This document shows, in pieces, positions 41,862 to 54,644 of a stretch of DNA of 64,000 nt. Under the pieces are notes generated by a model. The model worked only from the letters and a program-made list of their open reading frames with translations. It was not told the origin of the DNA and did no database searches. Origin of the DNA: Verrucomicrobiota bacterium (lineage in GTDB: Bacteria; Verrucomicrobiota; Verrucomicrobiia; Limisphaerales; JAIPKD01). How positions within the stretch are numbered: the first letter of the stretch is position 1; each line of letters begins with the position of its first letter. Position numbers and translations under genes: made by a program. The stretch is from the NCBI GenBank assembly GCA_021733835.1, contig JAIPKD010000001.1, positions 17,516 through 81,515 on the forward strand, in the 5' to 3' direction.

Positions 41862-42737
41862 ATGACTATTGGAAAAGACAGAGTAAATCTCTTTTATTAT
41901 TCCCCGGAGTATTCACCCTGCCGCCGTGGCACAGACGGTACGGTCGGGAGTCGCGCTTTTACACTAATAGAGATAATGCTGGCCATAGCTATCTTCAGCC
42001 TGGTCATCGCCGCCATTTACTCGAGTTGGTTCGCGATAATGCGCGGGGCCAAGACAGGTAAAGAAGCCGCGGTTCAGGCACAGCGCACACGCATGGCCAT
42101 GAATTCGGTCGTTGATTCACTTTTGTGCGCGCAAATGTTCAACATGAATCCGGACTTATACGCATTCATGGTCGATAACAGCGATGAATATTCGTTTCTG
42201 AGCTTTGTCGCACAACTACCGCCCTCGTTTCCGGACAGCGGCCTTTTTGGTGGATTGAAGGTTAGGCGGGTAAATTTCGAGATTCGAAGCGATGAGGATG
42301 GCGAACAGGCGTTGTTTATGAGTCAACAGCCGATATTGGCCGAGTTAAAGGAGGACGAGGAACCGGTGACCGTGCGGCTGATAAGCGATGTGAGTATGTT
42401 CAGTGTCGAGCTGTGGGACGAGAGGCGCGACGAGTGGTCGGATGAATGGCGGAATACGAACCAACTTCCTACACTGGTGATGGTTACACTGGGTCTGGGG
42501 GAAAAGGATTCCATGGCCGGTGGGGCGAAAGAGGTTTACAGCCGAGTGGTGAACCTGCCGGCGATTGCGGTCTCACCACAGATGCAGGTTATGCCGCCTC
42601 AGGACATGCCTGCCGGCGGGAATAATGTTGAGGACATCCGACAGCGTCGCAATCAGAGGATACAGAGGCCCGGACAGACACCTCGAAGAAGGCCTCCGGG
42701 GAGAAGCGGAAACTCCCGAAACACGATTCGCCGGTGA
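41862..42737 (+). CDS. Prepilin-type pseudopilin (GspJ-like) with Arg/Pro-rich C-terminal tail
   Basis: SRAFTLIEIMLAIAIFSLVIAAIYSSW is the prepilin motif. The size and position before gspK fit GspJ. The tail is RQRRNQRIQRPGQTPRRRPPGRSGNSRNTIRR. Confidence 0.5.
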   Translation: MTIGKDRVNLFYYSPEYSPCRRGTDGTVGSRAFTLIEIMLAIAIFSLVIAAIYSSWFAIMRGAKTGKEAAVQAQRTRMAMNSVVDSLLCAQMFNMNPDLYAFMVDNSDEYSFLSFVAQLPPSFPDSGLFGGLKVRRVNFEIRSDEDGEQALFMSQQPILAELKEDEEPVTVRLISDVSMFSVELWDERRDEWSDEWRNTNQLPTLVMVTLGLGEKDSMAGGAKEVYSRVVNLPAIAVSPQMQVMPPQDMPAGGNNVEDIRQRRNQRIQRPGQTPRRRPPGRSGNSRNTIRR

Positions 42738-43840
42738 ATATGAATTTATTCGATCACAATAGCAGGAACGACGGAATAGCGCTCATCATGGTGATGATCG
42801 TAATCACCGTGCTCGGTATCCTTGCAGGCGGCTTCGCATATTCCATGAAGGTCGAACTGCAGTTGGCGAAGAACCAGAATAATTCAGTCGAAATGGAATG
42901 GCTGGGCCGCTCCGGCCTGGAATTTGCCAAGTATATTCTCGGACAACAATTGGCTGAGTCGGGCGAGCCGTATGATGCGCTTAATCAAAAATGGGCGGGC
43001 GGCACCGGTGTTACCAACGAGGTGATGATGGGTATATCCCTCGAGAATAATAAGCTCGGAAACGGCGAGTTCTCCCTCGAAATAATCGATCTTGAACGCA
43101 AATTCAATATTAACCTCGCCAATAACGCAGTGTTGAACCGTGCCCTCGAATTGATCGGTTTCGATGTAATCGATTCATCCGCCGTTGTGGACTCGATAAT
43201 GGATTGGCGGGATTCGGACGATGATCCACACCTGACGGGGGTGGAGAGCGATTTTTACCTCAACCTGGAAAATCCGTATCATTGTAAGAACGGCCCTCTC
43301 GATCATATCTCCGAATTACTCATGATCAATGGTGTTACTCCTGAGATGTACTATGGGCCTTCGGCGTTTGAAGGGGATTCCGGATTACTGATCTCAAGGC
43401 GCAGTAAATACACGCCTTTCAGCAGTCAATTACAGGATGAAGTGAGTGATGTGGGGCTGTACGACATGGGATTGAAAGATTTGTTTACCACTACCTCCGG
43501 TAGGCTCATAAACGTCAATACCGCCCCGCCGGCGGTCCTTCAGCTGATCCCAATGGTGGATAAAATGATTGCGCAATCAATTGTCCAAATACGCGCCGGG
43601 CCCGATGGCAGGGAAGGTAACGAAGACGATACGCCGTTTCGGAACATTGGGGAGCTGATTAACGTGCCGGGAATAATGCCGGAGACCGTTGATCGGCTGA
43701 ATCGGTATCTCACCGTCAGGAGCACTACATTCGAAGTGCATATAAACGCTCGAATTTCCGGATACAAACGCGAATACGTAGCGGTAATGCGTCGTAACGG
43801 GCCTTCGGACTTCAGTGTTCTTTATTTTACATGGGAATAA
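42734..43840 (+). CDS. gspK: Type II secretion minor pseudopilin GspK-like
   Basis: It has a hydrophobic N-terminus (GIALIMVMIVITVLGILAGGFAYS) and a helix-hairpin-helix-like INVNTAPPAVLQLIP...FRNIGELINVPGI, as in GspK. There is a 4-nt overlap with the upstream gene. Confidence 0.65.
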   Translation: MNMNLFDHNSRNDGIALIMVMIVITVLGILAGGFAYSMKVELQLAKNQNNSVEMEWLGRSGLEFAKYILGQQLAESGEPYDALNQKWAGGTGVTNEVMMGISLENNKLGNGEFSLEIIDLERKFNINLANNAVLNRALELIGFDVIDSSAVVDSIMDWRDSDDDPHLTGVESDFYLNLENPYHCKNGPLDHISELLMINGVTPEMYYGPSAFEGDSGLLISRRSKYTPFSSQLQDEVSDVGLYDMGLKDLFTTTSGRLINVNTAPPAVLQLIPMVDKMIAQSIVQIRAGPDGREGNEDDTPFRNIGELINVPGIMPETVDRLNRYLTVRSTTFEVHINARISGYKREYVAVMRRNGPSDFSVLYFTWE

Positions 43841-43843
43841 TCC

Positions 43844-44572
43844 ATGCCTCAGAAATCAAGAATCCTCGAATCACTAAAAGGACGTAACGGAATCATATTC
43901 ATTACTGGAACCGATACCGGCGTCGGTAAAACGATCCTAACCGGATTTCTCATCGCATTCCTCAGACAGAACGGACTACACGCCCTCGGCATGAAACCGT
44001 TCTGTTCCGGTGGACGTGATGATGCGCTCTTCCTTAACGCCTTGCAGGACAATGAGTTGCCGGTAGATATAGTCAATCCCTTCTTTTTTAAGCCTCCGGT
44101 CACTCCGCTTGTCGGCGCATGGGAGACGGGTGTACGTGTGAGTTTTACAGACGCTGTGCAATCGATTCGAAATGTGAAAGACCGTTGTCAATGGCTTGTC
44201 GTGGAGGGGGTTGGGGGGATTATGTCGCCGCTTGGCGAGTGGTTTTCATCGGTTGAATTGATCAGGGAACTAGAAAGCCCGACCATCGTGGTGGGTGGTA
44301 ATAAATTGGGGGTTCTCAATCATATGTTACTGACAATCAATGTTTTGGAGAGGTGCTGTAAGGTGCCGTTTCAGCCCGTGCTCAGGGGGACAGGAGGTGA
44401 AGATAAGTCGTCGGCGACGAATAAAAAGGTCATCGAATCGTTTTTTTTGCACGGCAGAGTGGTGGAAATCCCATTTTTTGGCACGCATTCCCTTGATGTT
44501 GAGGGAGTTAGAAAAAATGCAAAAAAAATCGCATTTGCGCTTGCAACGGCGATGGCTTTCGATAATATTTGA
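43844..44572 (+). CDS. bioD: Dethiobiotin synthase
   Basis: The P-loop IFITGTDTGVGKTILTGFL and EGVGGIMSPL are present. The product is 242 aa. It starts 3 nt after the gspK-like stop. Confidence 0.85.
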   Translation: MPQKSRILESLKGRNGIIFITGTDTGVGKTILTGFLIAFLRQNGLHALGMKPFCSGGRDDALFLNALQDNELPVDIVNPFFFKPPVTPLVGAWETGVRVSFTDAVQSIRNVKDRCQWLVVEGVGGIMSPLGEWFSSVELIRELESPTIVVGGNKLGVLNHMLLTINVLERCCKVPFQPVLRGTGGEDKSSATNKKVIESFFLHGRVVEIPFFGTHSLDVEGVRKNAKKIAFALATAMAFDNI

Positions 44573-44660
44573 TCAGCGTCGCAGCTAAGCAAAGCGGCGC
44601 CGGCGGAGAAGGGGCCGAAAGGTAACTGAAAAAAAAGTTCGAAAAAGTTACCGGAAAAGT

Positions 44661-44688
44661 TTGACGGCGCCTGAGGATGTGATAAAGT
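44661..44688 (+). promoter_or_regulatory. Candidate rRNA operon promoter with A-rich upstream (UP-like) tract
   Basis: TTGACG (44661-44666) - 16 nt - TAAAGT (44683-44688). It is preceded by A-tracts (GAAAAAAAAGTTCGAAAAAGTTACCGGAAAAG) and lies about 235 nt upstream of the 16S. Confidence 0.4.
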
Positions 44689-44800
44689 TCCTCCGCTTGA
44701 TAGAAACCGACGAGCCGGTTTCAGAAAAAAGAAATCGGTGAGGCGGTATTATCGTCGAAAATGGTTGAAGGGGTCGGCGGTAAGTGGTAATGTTTAATTG

Positions 44801-44812
44801 GTTCTTTGAAAG
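44801..44812 (+). promoter_or_regulatory. boxA-like antitermination element (leader)
   Basis: GTTCTTTGAAAG resembles the rrn boxA consensus (GCTCTTTAACAA type). A near-identical GTTCTTTGAAAA recurs in the 16S-23S spacer. Confidence 0.4.
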
Positions 44813-44921
44813 TTGAATTGTGCGATAAGTGGAGCCCTCGAAGGGCATTCGAAAGAATGCGCTTTGAGTTAATCTTGAATCTTTGTGATCGGGGCAATGC
44901 CTCGATCGAATCAAACTGATT

Positions 44922-46497
<1,576 letters not shown>

Positions 46498-46625
46498 TAA
46501 GTGGCCGGTGAAAAATCGGCACACTAGGTCGACTGGAATACACATTCCAGAGGCTTCCTTATCGCACAGTCCAGCTTTTAAAGCCGGTTCTTTTAAATGG
46601 TAGAGAATTAACGTTGTTTAATTCA

Positions 46626-46700
<75 letters not shown>

Positions 46701-46722
46701 ACTGAGTACATCGCCCACAATT

Positions 46723-46799
46723 GGGCCTGTAGCTCAGTTGGTTAGAGCATGCGCTTGATAAGCGCAGGGTCACTGGTTCGAATCCAGTCAGGCCCACCA
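46723..46799 (+). tRNA. tRNA-Ile (GAU)
   Basis: GGGCCTGTAGCTCAGTTGGTTAGAGC ... the anticodon loop is CTTGATAAG, followed by ...GGTTCGAATCC... CAGGCCCACCA. CCA is encoded. Confidence 0.97.
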
Positions 46800-46832
46800 G
46801 AGCTGCAATTTTTATCTGGGACCACCAGGTTT

Positions 46833-46844
46833 GTTCTTTGAAAA
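46833..46844 (+). promoter_or_regulatory. boxA-like element (16S-23S spacer)
   Basis: GTTCTTTGAAAA lies 60 nt upstream of the 23S, the usual position of the spacer boxA. Confidence 0.45.
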
Positions 46845-46907
46845 CTGTACATTGGGCAAAATACAATTCGCTGGATTCTACCGGGAGTTTCTCGGCTAGA
46901 ATAATTT

Positions 46908-49791
<2,884 letters not shown>

Positions 49792-49888
49792 TAAAATCAA
49801 ATATTTTTAAGATCCAAGAAACTACAACGCCCGGTAGAAGCGAGTGTCCAATGTGCAGCTTTCAAGGAACAAAGGTTCCTTAAGGTTT

Positions 49889-50003
49889 TTTGGTGGCTAT
49901 GAAGCGGTGGAACGACCCGATCCCATTCCGAACTCGGAAGTCAAACGCCGCATTGCCGATGGTAGTACGTGTATAGCGCGTGCGAGAGTAGGTTGTCGCC
50001 AAA
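49889..50003 (+). rRNA. rrf: 5S ribosomal RNA
   Basis: The terminal helix is TTTGGTGGC...GTCGCCAAA. The conserved CCGAACTCGGAAGTCAAACGCC and GCGAGAGTAGG blocks are present. Confidence 0.9.
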
Positions 50004-50019
50004 TTTAATTGAAAAAGAA

Positions 50020-50053
50020 GCCGTCCAACGGCGTAATTTTTTTTTTTTTCTTC
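50020..50053 (+). terminator. Probable rrn operon terminator
   Basis: A short hairpin GCCGT-CCA-ACGGC is followed by GTAA and a run of 13 T. The stem is weak. Confidence 0.5.
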
Positions 50054-50138
50054 AGGAATTTTATCGGATGTCGATTTTCGACATTTGGAATATATAATTG
50101 ATTTTTTCGGCGTCGGCTTGAATCATAGAGATAATTCG

Positions 50139-51176
50139 ATGAAATCCATAGAATCAAATATAGTCGAGAGGCCGCTGGAATTATTGAGTCGAAGCCTGGA
50201 GCGTGGGAGGTTGGGTCAGGCCTATCTGTTTTCCGGCGAAAACAGGGATATCCTTGAGCACGCCGCAAAGAAGTTAATTAAGGCGTTGAATTGTAATACC
50301 CCCCCGAAACAAGAGGCAACGGATTCGTTTTTGGATTCCTGTGGATTCTGTGATAATTGCAGAAGAATCGATTCCGGTAATCATAGCGAGGTGTTTTGGG
50401 CGCGGCCGGAGAGTAAGTCCAGAATTTTGACGATCGACCAGGTACGCGAACTGATACGATGTGTTCAGATGAAGCCTACTGAGGCGAGGGTTCAGGTTGG
50501 TGTGATTGTGGATGCGGATCGAATGAACAGGCAGGCCGCGAATGCGTTTTTGAAGACGCTTGAAGAACCGCCCGGGCATGCCGTGTTGATCCTGTTGTCG
50601 ACAGCGCCGGAGCGGCTGCTTGAGACGATACTTTCAAGATGCCTTCGCATAACATTTGCGGGAGAGGATTTCGCATTTTTCGAAGAATGTGATTCATCGT
50701 GGTTGCGTAGTCTTGCCGAAGAAATGGTGCATTCCCGTGAACGCCTTCTGACGCGTTACCGGCTTTTGTCTGTTTTTTTGAATCGGTTATCGGAGACAAG
50801 GAGTGAAATAGAGAGTGAACAGGGCGAGAAATCGGCGTTGTCGAAATACCCGGATGCCGAGGAAAAACAGAAGCAACGTTGGCGGGATGAGTTGATTGCG
50901 GCGGTGGAATCCGACTACCGGCGGTCTCGTGCTGACATGCTTACCGCACTCCAATACTTATTCAGGGACGTATGGATGTCGCAACTGGGGATGCTTGATT
51001 CCGTAGGTGTATATGATGGTTTTTCCGATTGCATAAACGCACTGGCGCGGCGTGTCACCGAAGAAGACGTACTTCATAATATCGAGGTTATCGCCAAGGC
51101 CCAAAGACTACTTGCCGCAACGAACGTGCAGGAAGCGCTCGCCCTCGAAGTGAGCTTTTTAAATCTGCGTTTTTAA
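50139..51176 (+). CDS. holB: DNA polymerase III delta' subunit
   Basis: RLGQAYLFSGENRDILEHAAKKLIKALNC, a Cys-rich CGFCDNCRRI zinc module, and ANAFLKTLEEPPGHAVLILL are present. The preferred start is the ATG at 50139 (MKSIESN). Confidence 0.85.
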   Translation: MKSIESNIVERPLELLSRSLERGRLGQAYLFSGENRDILEHAAKKLIKALNCNTPPKQEATDSFLDSCGFCDNCRRIDSGNHSEVFWARPESKSRILTIDQVRELIRCVQMKPTEARVQVGVIVDADRMNRQAANAFLKTLEEPPGHAVLILLSTAPERLLETILSRCLRITFAGEDFAFFEECDSSWLRSLAEEMVHSRERLLTRYRLLSVFLNRLSETRSEIESEQGEKSALSKYPDAEEKQKQRWRDELIAAVESDYRRSRADMLTALQYLFRDVWMSQLGMLDSVGVYDGFSDCINALARRVTEEDVLHNIEVIAKAQRLLAATNVQEALALEVSFLNLRF

Positions 51177-51194
51177 TACCCGTAGAGTCTTAAA

Positions 51195-52547
51195 ATGCCG
51201 GATGATAATCCAATGATTCGAGGTGGAGAAGGATGCTCGTCAAAGATTGCGCTTGTTTTGGGGTCGTTTCTCGGCCTGGTGGTAATCAAATTGGGGAATC
51301 CGATAATCCTGCACTCGATGATCGATGCGCCGGAGGGATTCTGGCAGCTTGTGTTCAGCCCCTGGCCGGTTGAGTGGTTATTGGTGATTCTTATAATAAT
51401 AGTAATCGGAACAATCGCCGATCAACAAGGAGCAAGGCCGTCCTTGGACATCCTAATCTTCAGTCCGTTGCTATGGCTCCTAGTTCAATGGATGAGTCTG
51501 ATATGGACGGTGGATCGTGATTTATCTTTATACACCGCGACGCATTTCACGGCTTGTGTTTGTTTTTTCTTTCTCGGAAGATATGCATTCAACAGGAGGC
51601 CATGCACGTCATACATTTGGTCGGGCATAATAGTCGCGCTTTTTTTTGTAATCTTAATAGGCTGGCAACAGCATTTTTACGGTCTCGAACAATTAAGGAG
51701 CCAGGTTTATCAGCAGGAGAATTGGCAGTCGCTGCCGCCGGAATTCCTGGAAAAGATAGGCAGCAGCCGTATTTTTTCGACGTTCGTTTATCCAAACGCA
51801 TATGCCGGGGCATTACTCCTGTTTCTGCCGAGCGGGGTGTGGGTGTTGTGGAATTCCAAGGCGATTCCCGGCCACGCCGGAAAGTTCCTTGCGGCCCTTC
51901 TTTTAGTTTCCGGCGGCGCATGTCTTGCGTGGACACGATCAAAGTCGGGATGGCTTATCGCGATGTGTATGCTGGCGGCGTCGGGGTTGTTTTTTTTGAG
52001 GATTCGACGGAAGTACAAGATTCTGATTGTAGCCTTGCTTCTGACGATCGGAGGTGCGGGGTTCGTTGTCAGGTATATCGATTATTTTAAAGAGGGCGCA
52101 ACAAGCGTCGGCGCCCGGTTCGATTATTGGAAGGCCGCGGGTGATATTGTTTGGCATCGGCCGCTGACCGGTTCCGGCGCCGGCACCTTTGCTATACCTT
52201 ATGCGGAGATCAAGGCGCCGGAGTCGGAAATGACCCGCCTTGTTCATAACGACTATCTTGAGCAGGCATCCGACTCTGGTATCTTCGGATTTGTTTTTTA
52301 CTGTACATGGATATTGGCGGCGTTTTACTCGATATTTAAGACAAAAGATATCGCGGGGAATGCCTATTCGTTTTGTGTAATGCTCGGATTGACGGCGTGG
52401 TTTTTCCATGGGCTGGTCGAATTCCAGCTGTATATTCCGGCATTGGCGTGGCCGGCTTTTTTCTTGCTTGGACTGATGGTGGGGCCGAAATTCATGGGGA
52501 AAGTTGATGGGCAATCCCGCAGTTGCCGACATAAAATCAACACTTGA
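51195..52547 (+). CDS. O-antigen ligase (Wzy_C) family polytopic membrane protein
   Basis: It has about 10-12 TM helices and a periplasmic loop with RPLTGSGAGTF......VHNDYLEQASDSGIFGF, the O-antigen ligase-like signature. Confidence 0.7.
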   Translation: MPDDNPMIRGGEGCSSKIALVLGSFLGLVVIKLGNPIILHSMIDAPEGFWQLVFSPWPVEWLLVILIIIVIGTIADQQGARPSLDILIFSPLLWLLVQWMSLIWTVDRDLSLYTATHFTACVCFFFLGRYAFNRRPCTSYIWSGIIVALFFVILIGWQQHFYGLEQLRSQVYQQENWQSLPPEFLEKIGSSRIFSTFVYPNAYAGALLLFLPSGVWVLWNSKAIPGHAGKFLAALLLVSGGACLAWTRSKSGWLIAMCMLAASGLFFLRIRRKYKILIVALLLTIGGAGFVVRYIDYFKEGATSVGARFDYWKAAGDIVWHRPLTGSGAGTFAIPYAEIKAPESEMTRLVHNDYLEQASDSGIFGFVFYCTWILAAFYSIFKTKDIAGNAYSFCVMLGLTAWFFHGLVEFQLYIPALAWPAFFLLGLMVGPKFMGKVDGQSRSCRHKINT

Positions 52548-52553
52548 TAATAT

Positions 52554-52994
52554 ATGAAAATACTATTCCTGAACGGGCCGAACTTAAATCTGCTCGGTGA
52601 TCGTGAACAATTGATATACGGTGCGAAGACACTGGCCGATATAGAAGAACTGGTTCATAAAGAAGCGGCGGGTTTGGGCATTGAAACCGAGTTCAGACAA
52701 ACCAACTATGAAGGTGAACTTGTTGATTGGATTCAACAAGGGGCGGAATCACATGATGCGATCGTGCTGAACGCCGCCGCTTATACTCATACAAGTATAG
52801 CGATACGCGATGCAATAGCCGCAATCCTCGCGCCGGTGATAGAAGTTCATATCTCCAATGTCTATGCGCGCGAAGGCTTCAGGCATAAGTCCATGGTCTC
52901 GCCGGTCTGTTCCGGGGTGATAGCCGGTTTCGGTGCTGCTTCGTACTTATTGGGGCTGAGGGCAGCCGTTGCGGTACTTAATTCGGCCAAGTAA
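52554..52994 (+). CDS. aroQ: Type II 3-dehydroquinate dehydratase
   Basis: MKILFLNGPNLNLLGDRE...YG, then HTSIAIRDA and EVHISNVYAREGFRH. The product is 146 aa. Confidence 0.95.
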   Translation: MKILFLNGPNLNLLGDREQLIYGAKTLADIEELVHKEAAGLGIETEFRQTNYEGELVDWIQQGAESHDAIVLNAAAYTHTSIAIRDAIAAILAPVIEVHISNVYAREGFRHKSMVSPVCSGVIAGFGAASYLLGLRAAVAVLNSAK

Positions 52995-53145
52995 GTTTTA
53001 TAGTCGAGAACGCTTTTTTTCGGTTCATCTTTGACATAATTTGAATTGATGGGCAAAGTTTGAGCCTGAAAGAACCGTACCGGGTTTAGAGGTTCGGGAA
53101 AGGTTGAGACGGAACGAACCGGCCCGGATAAAATAAGTTGGAGAT

Positions 53146-54420
53146 ATGGCAGAATTAGTTGGAAATCTTTTGGTTGCACAGTCGGGCGGGCCTACAGTGG
53201 CCATAAACGCAAGTATAGCCGGCGTTATTCAGGAAGCCGGTAAACACCCGGATACTATCGAGGAGATATATGGCGGCGCGAACGGAATATATGGGATACT
53301 TAACGAAGACTTAATCGATCTTAACGAAGAAAAGGCGAGGAACATCGAGGGCTTAAAGTCTACGCCGGCCGCCGCTTTGGGGACATGCCGGTACAAGATC
53401 AATTTCGATAAAGAACCCGAGAAGGCGGCTAAGGATATGGATCGCCTGTTCCAAGTGTTCGAGGCGCATAATATCAGATACTTTTTCTACGCCGGCGGGA
53501 ATGATTCGCAGGATACGTCGAATAAGATTCACGAAGAAGCGCAGAGGCGCGGGTATGAGCTTAATGTCATCGGAATCCCCAAGACCATAGACAACGATTT
53601 ACCTTACACTGACCATTGTCCGGGATACGGGTCGGTAATCAAGTACAACGCGGCTACCGTGATGGAGGTTGCCTTTGATGTGGCCAGTATGGCGACGGAT
53701 CAGGGATCGTGCTGCGTGATCGAGGTCATGGGCCGCGCTGCAGGTTGGATAGCAGCCGGGACGGTTTTGGCGAAACGCGAGCCGTCCGATGCACCGCATA
53801 TCATCCTTCTGCCGGAAATCCCGTTCAAGGAACAAGCGCTTCTGGAGAAGGTGAAAGAAACCGTCGCCGAAAACAAATACTGCATTGTCGTTGTCGGCGA
53901 AGGCTTGAAAGACGAAGAAGGCAAAGAACTCGGGGCCGAGGACGCGCAGGTGGACGCCTTCGGACATAAACTGTTGTCCGGCTCCGGAGAGCGCCTGGCT
54001 AAGATTATTCAGAACGGCATCGGCACGAAGACGCGCTCGGTGAAGCTTGGCTACGCTCAACGCGCCGCAGCGCACTGCGGCAGTGCGACCGATATTGAAG
54101 AAGCCGCTGCCTGCGGCGAGAAAGCGGTTCGCGCAGCCGTAGAAGGCAACAGCGGATACATGGTTAAGCTGGTGCGCAAGAGCAGCGATCCTTACGAATG
54201 GACGACAGAGTTGCATCTCCTCAGCGAAGTGGCGAATGTCGAGCACACGATCCCACGGGACTGGATAACCGAGGACGGGTTTTTGCCGAACGAGAAGTTC
54301 GTCGAGTTTGCCAAACCGTTGATTTTTGGAGAATTGAAACTTAATTGGAAAGACGGCCTGCCAAGGTTCGTCAGGCTCGAAAAGAATCTGGTTGAAAAGA
54401 CCCTTCCGGATTATATGTAA
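53146..54420 (+). CDS. pfp: 6-phosphofructokinase, ~420-aa PfkA-family type, predicted pyrophosphate-dependent
   Basis: VAQSGGPTVAINASIAGV, YAGGNDSQDT and IGIPKTIDNDLPYTDHCPGYGS are present. Asp is at the position of E. coli Gly104 and Lys at Gly124, the residues associated with PPi rather than ATP use. Confidence 0.8.
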   Translation: MAELVGNLLVAQSGGPTVAINASIAGVIQEAGKHPDTIEEIYGGANGIYGILNEDLIDLNEEKARNIEGLKSTPAAALGTCRYKINFDKEPEKAAKDMDRLFQVFEAHNIRYFFYAGGNDSQDTSNKIHEEAQRRGYELNVIGIPKTIDNDLPYTDHCPGYGSVIKYNAATVMEVAFDVASMATDQGSCCVIEVMGRAAGWIAAGTVLAKREPSDAPHIILLPEIPFKEQALLEKVKETVAENKYCIVVVGEGLKDEEGKELGAEDAQVDAFGHKLLSGSGERLAKIIQNGIGTKTRSVKLGYAQRAAAHCGSATDIEEAAACGEKAVRAAVEGNSGYMVKLVRKSSDPYEWTTELHLLSEVANVEHTIPRDWITEDGFLPNEKFVEFAKPLIFGELKLNWKDGLPRFVRLEKNLVEKTLPDYM

Positions 54421-54450
54421 TCCGCGTCGGACGATTGACAGCATTTAGAT

Positions 54451-54482
54451 GGCCGCCTTTCTTGGAAGTGCGGCCTTTTTTA
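54451..54482 (+). terminator. Rho-independent terminator after pfp
   Basis: GGCCGC (54451-54456) ... GCGGCC (54470-54475) is followed by TTTTTTA, 30 nt after the stop codon. Confidence 0.65.
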
Positions 54483-54644
54483 TTCCGTCGATTTTGCTTG
54501 ATTGCGCACTTGAGTTTTCGCGGATTCTACCGTAAAAGAATGATCAACCGGATGTTTGATTAGATCGAGTGTATGCGCGATCCTTAAAATAGAATCGTGC
54601 AACTGAGAGTTAATATACCGAGAATAAATTAAATCGCCTGAAAA

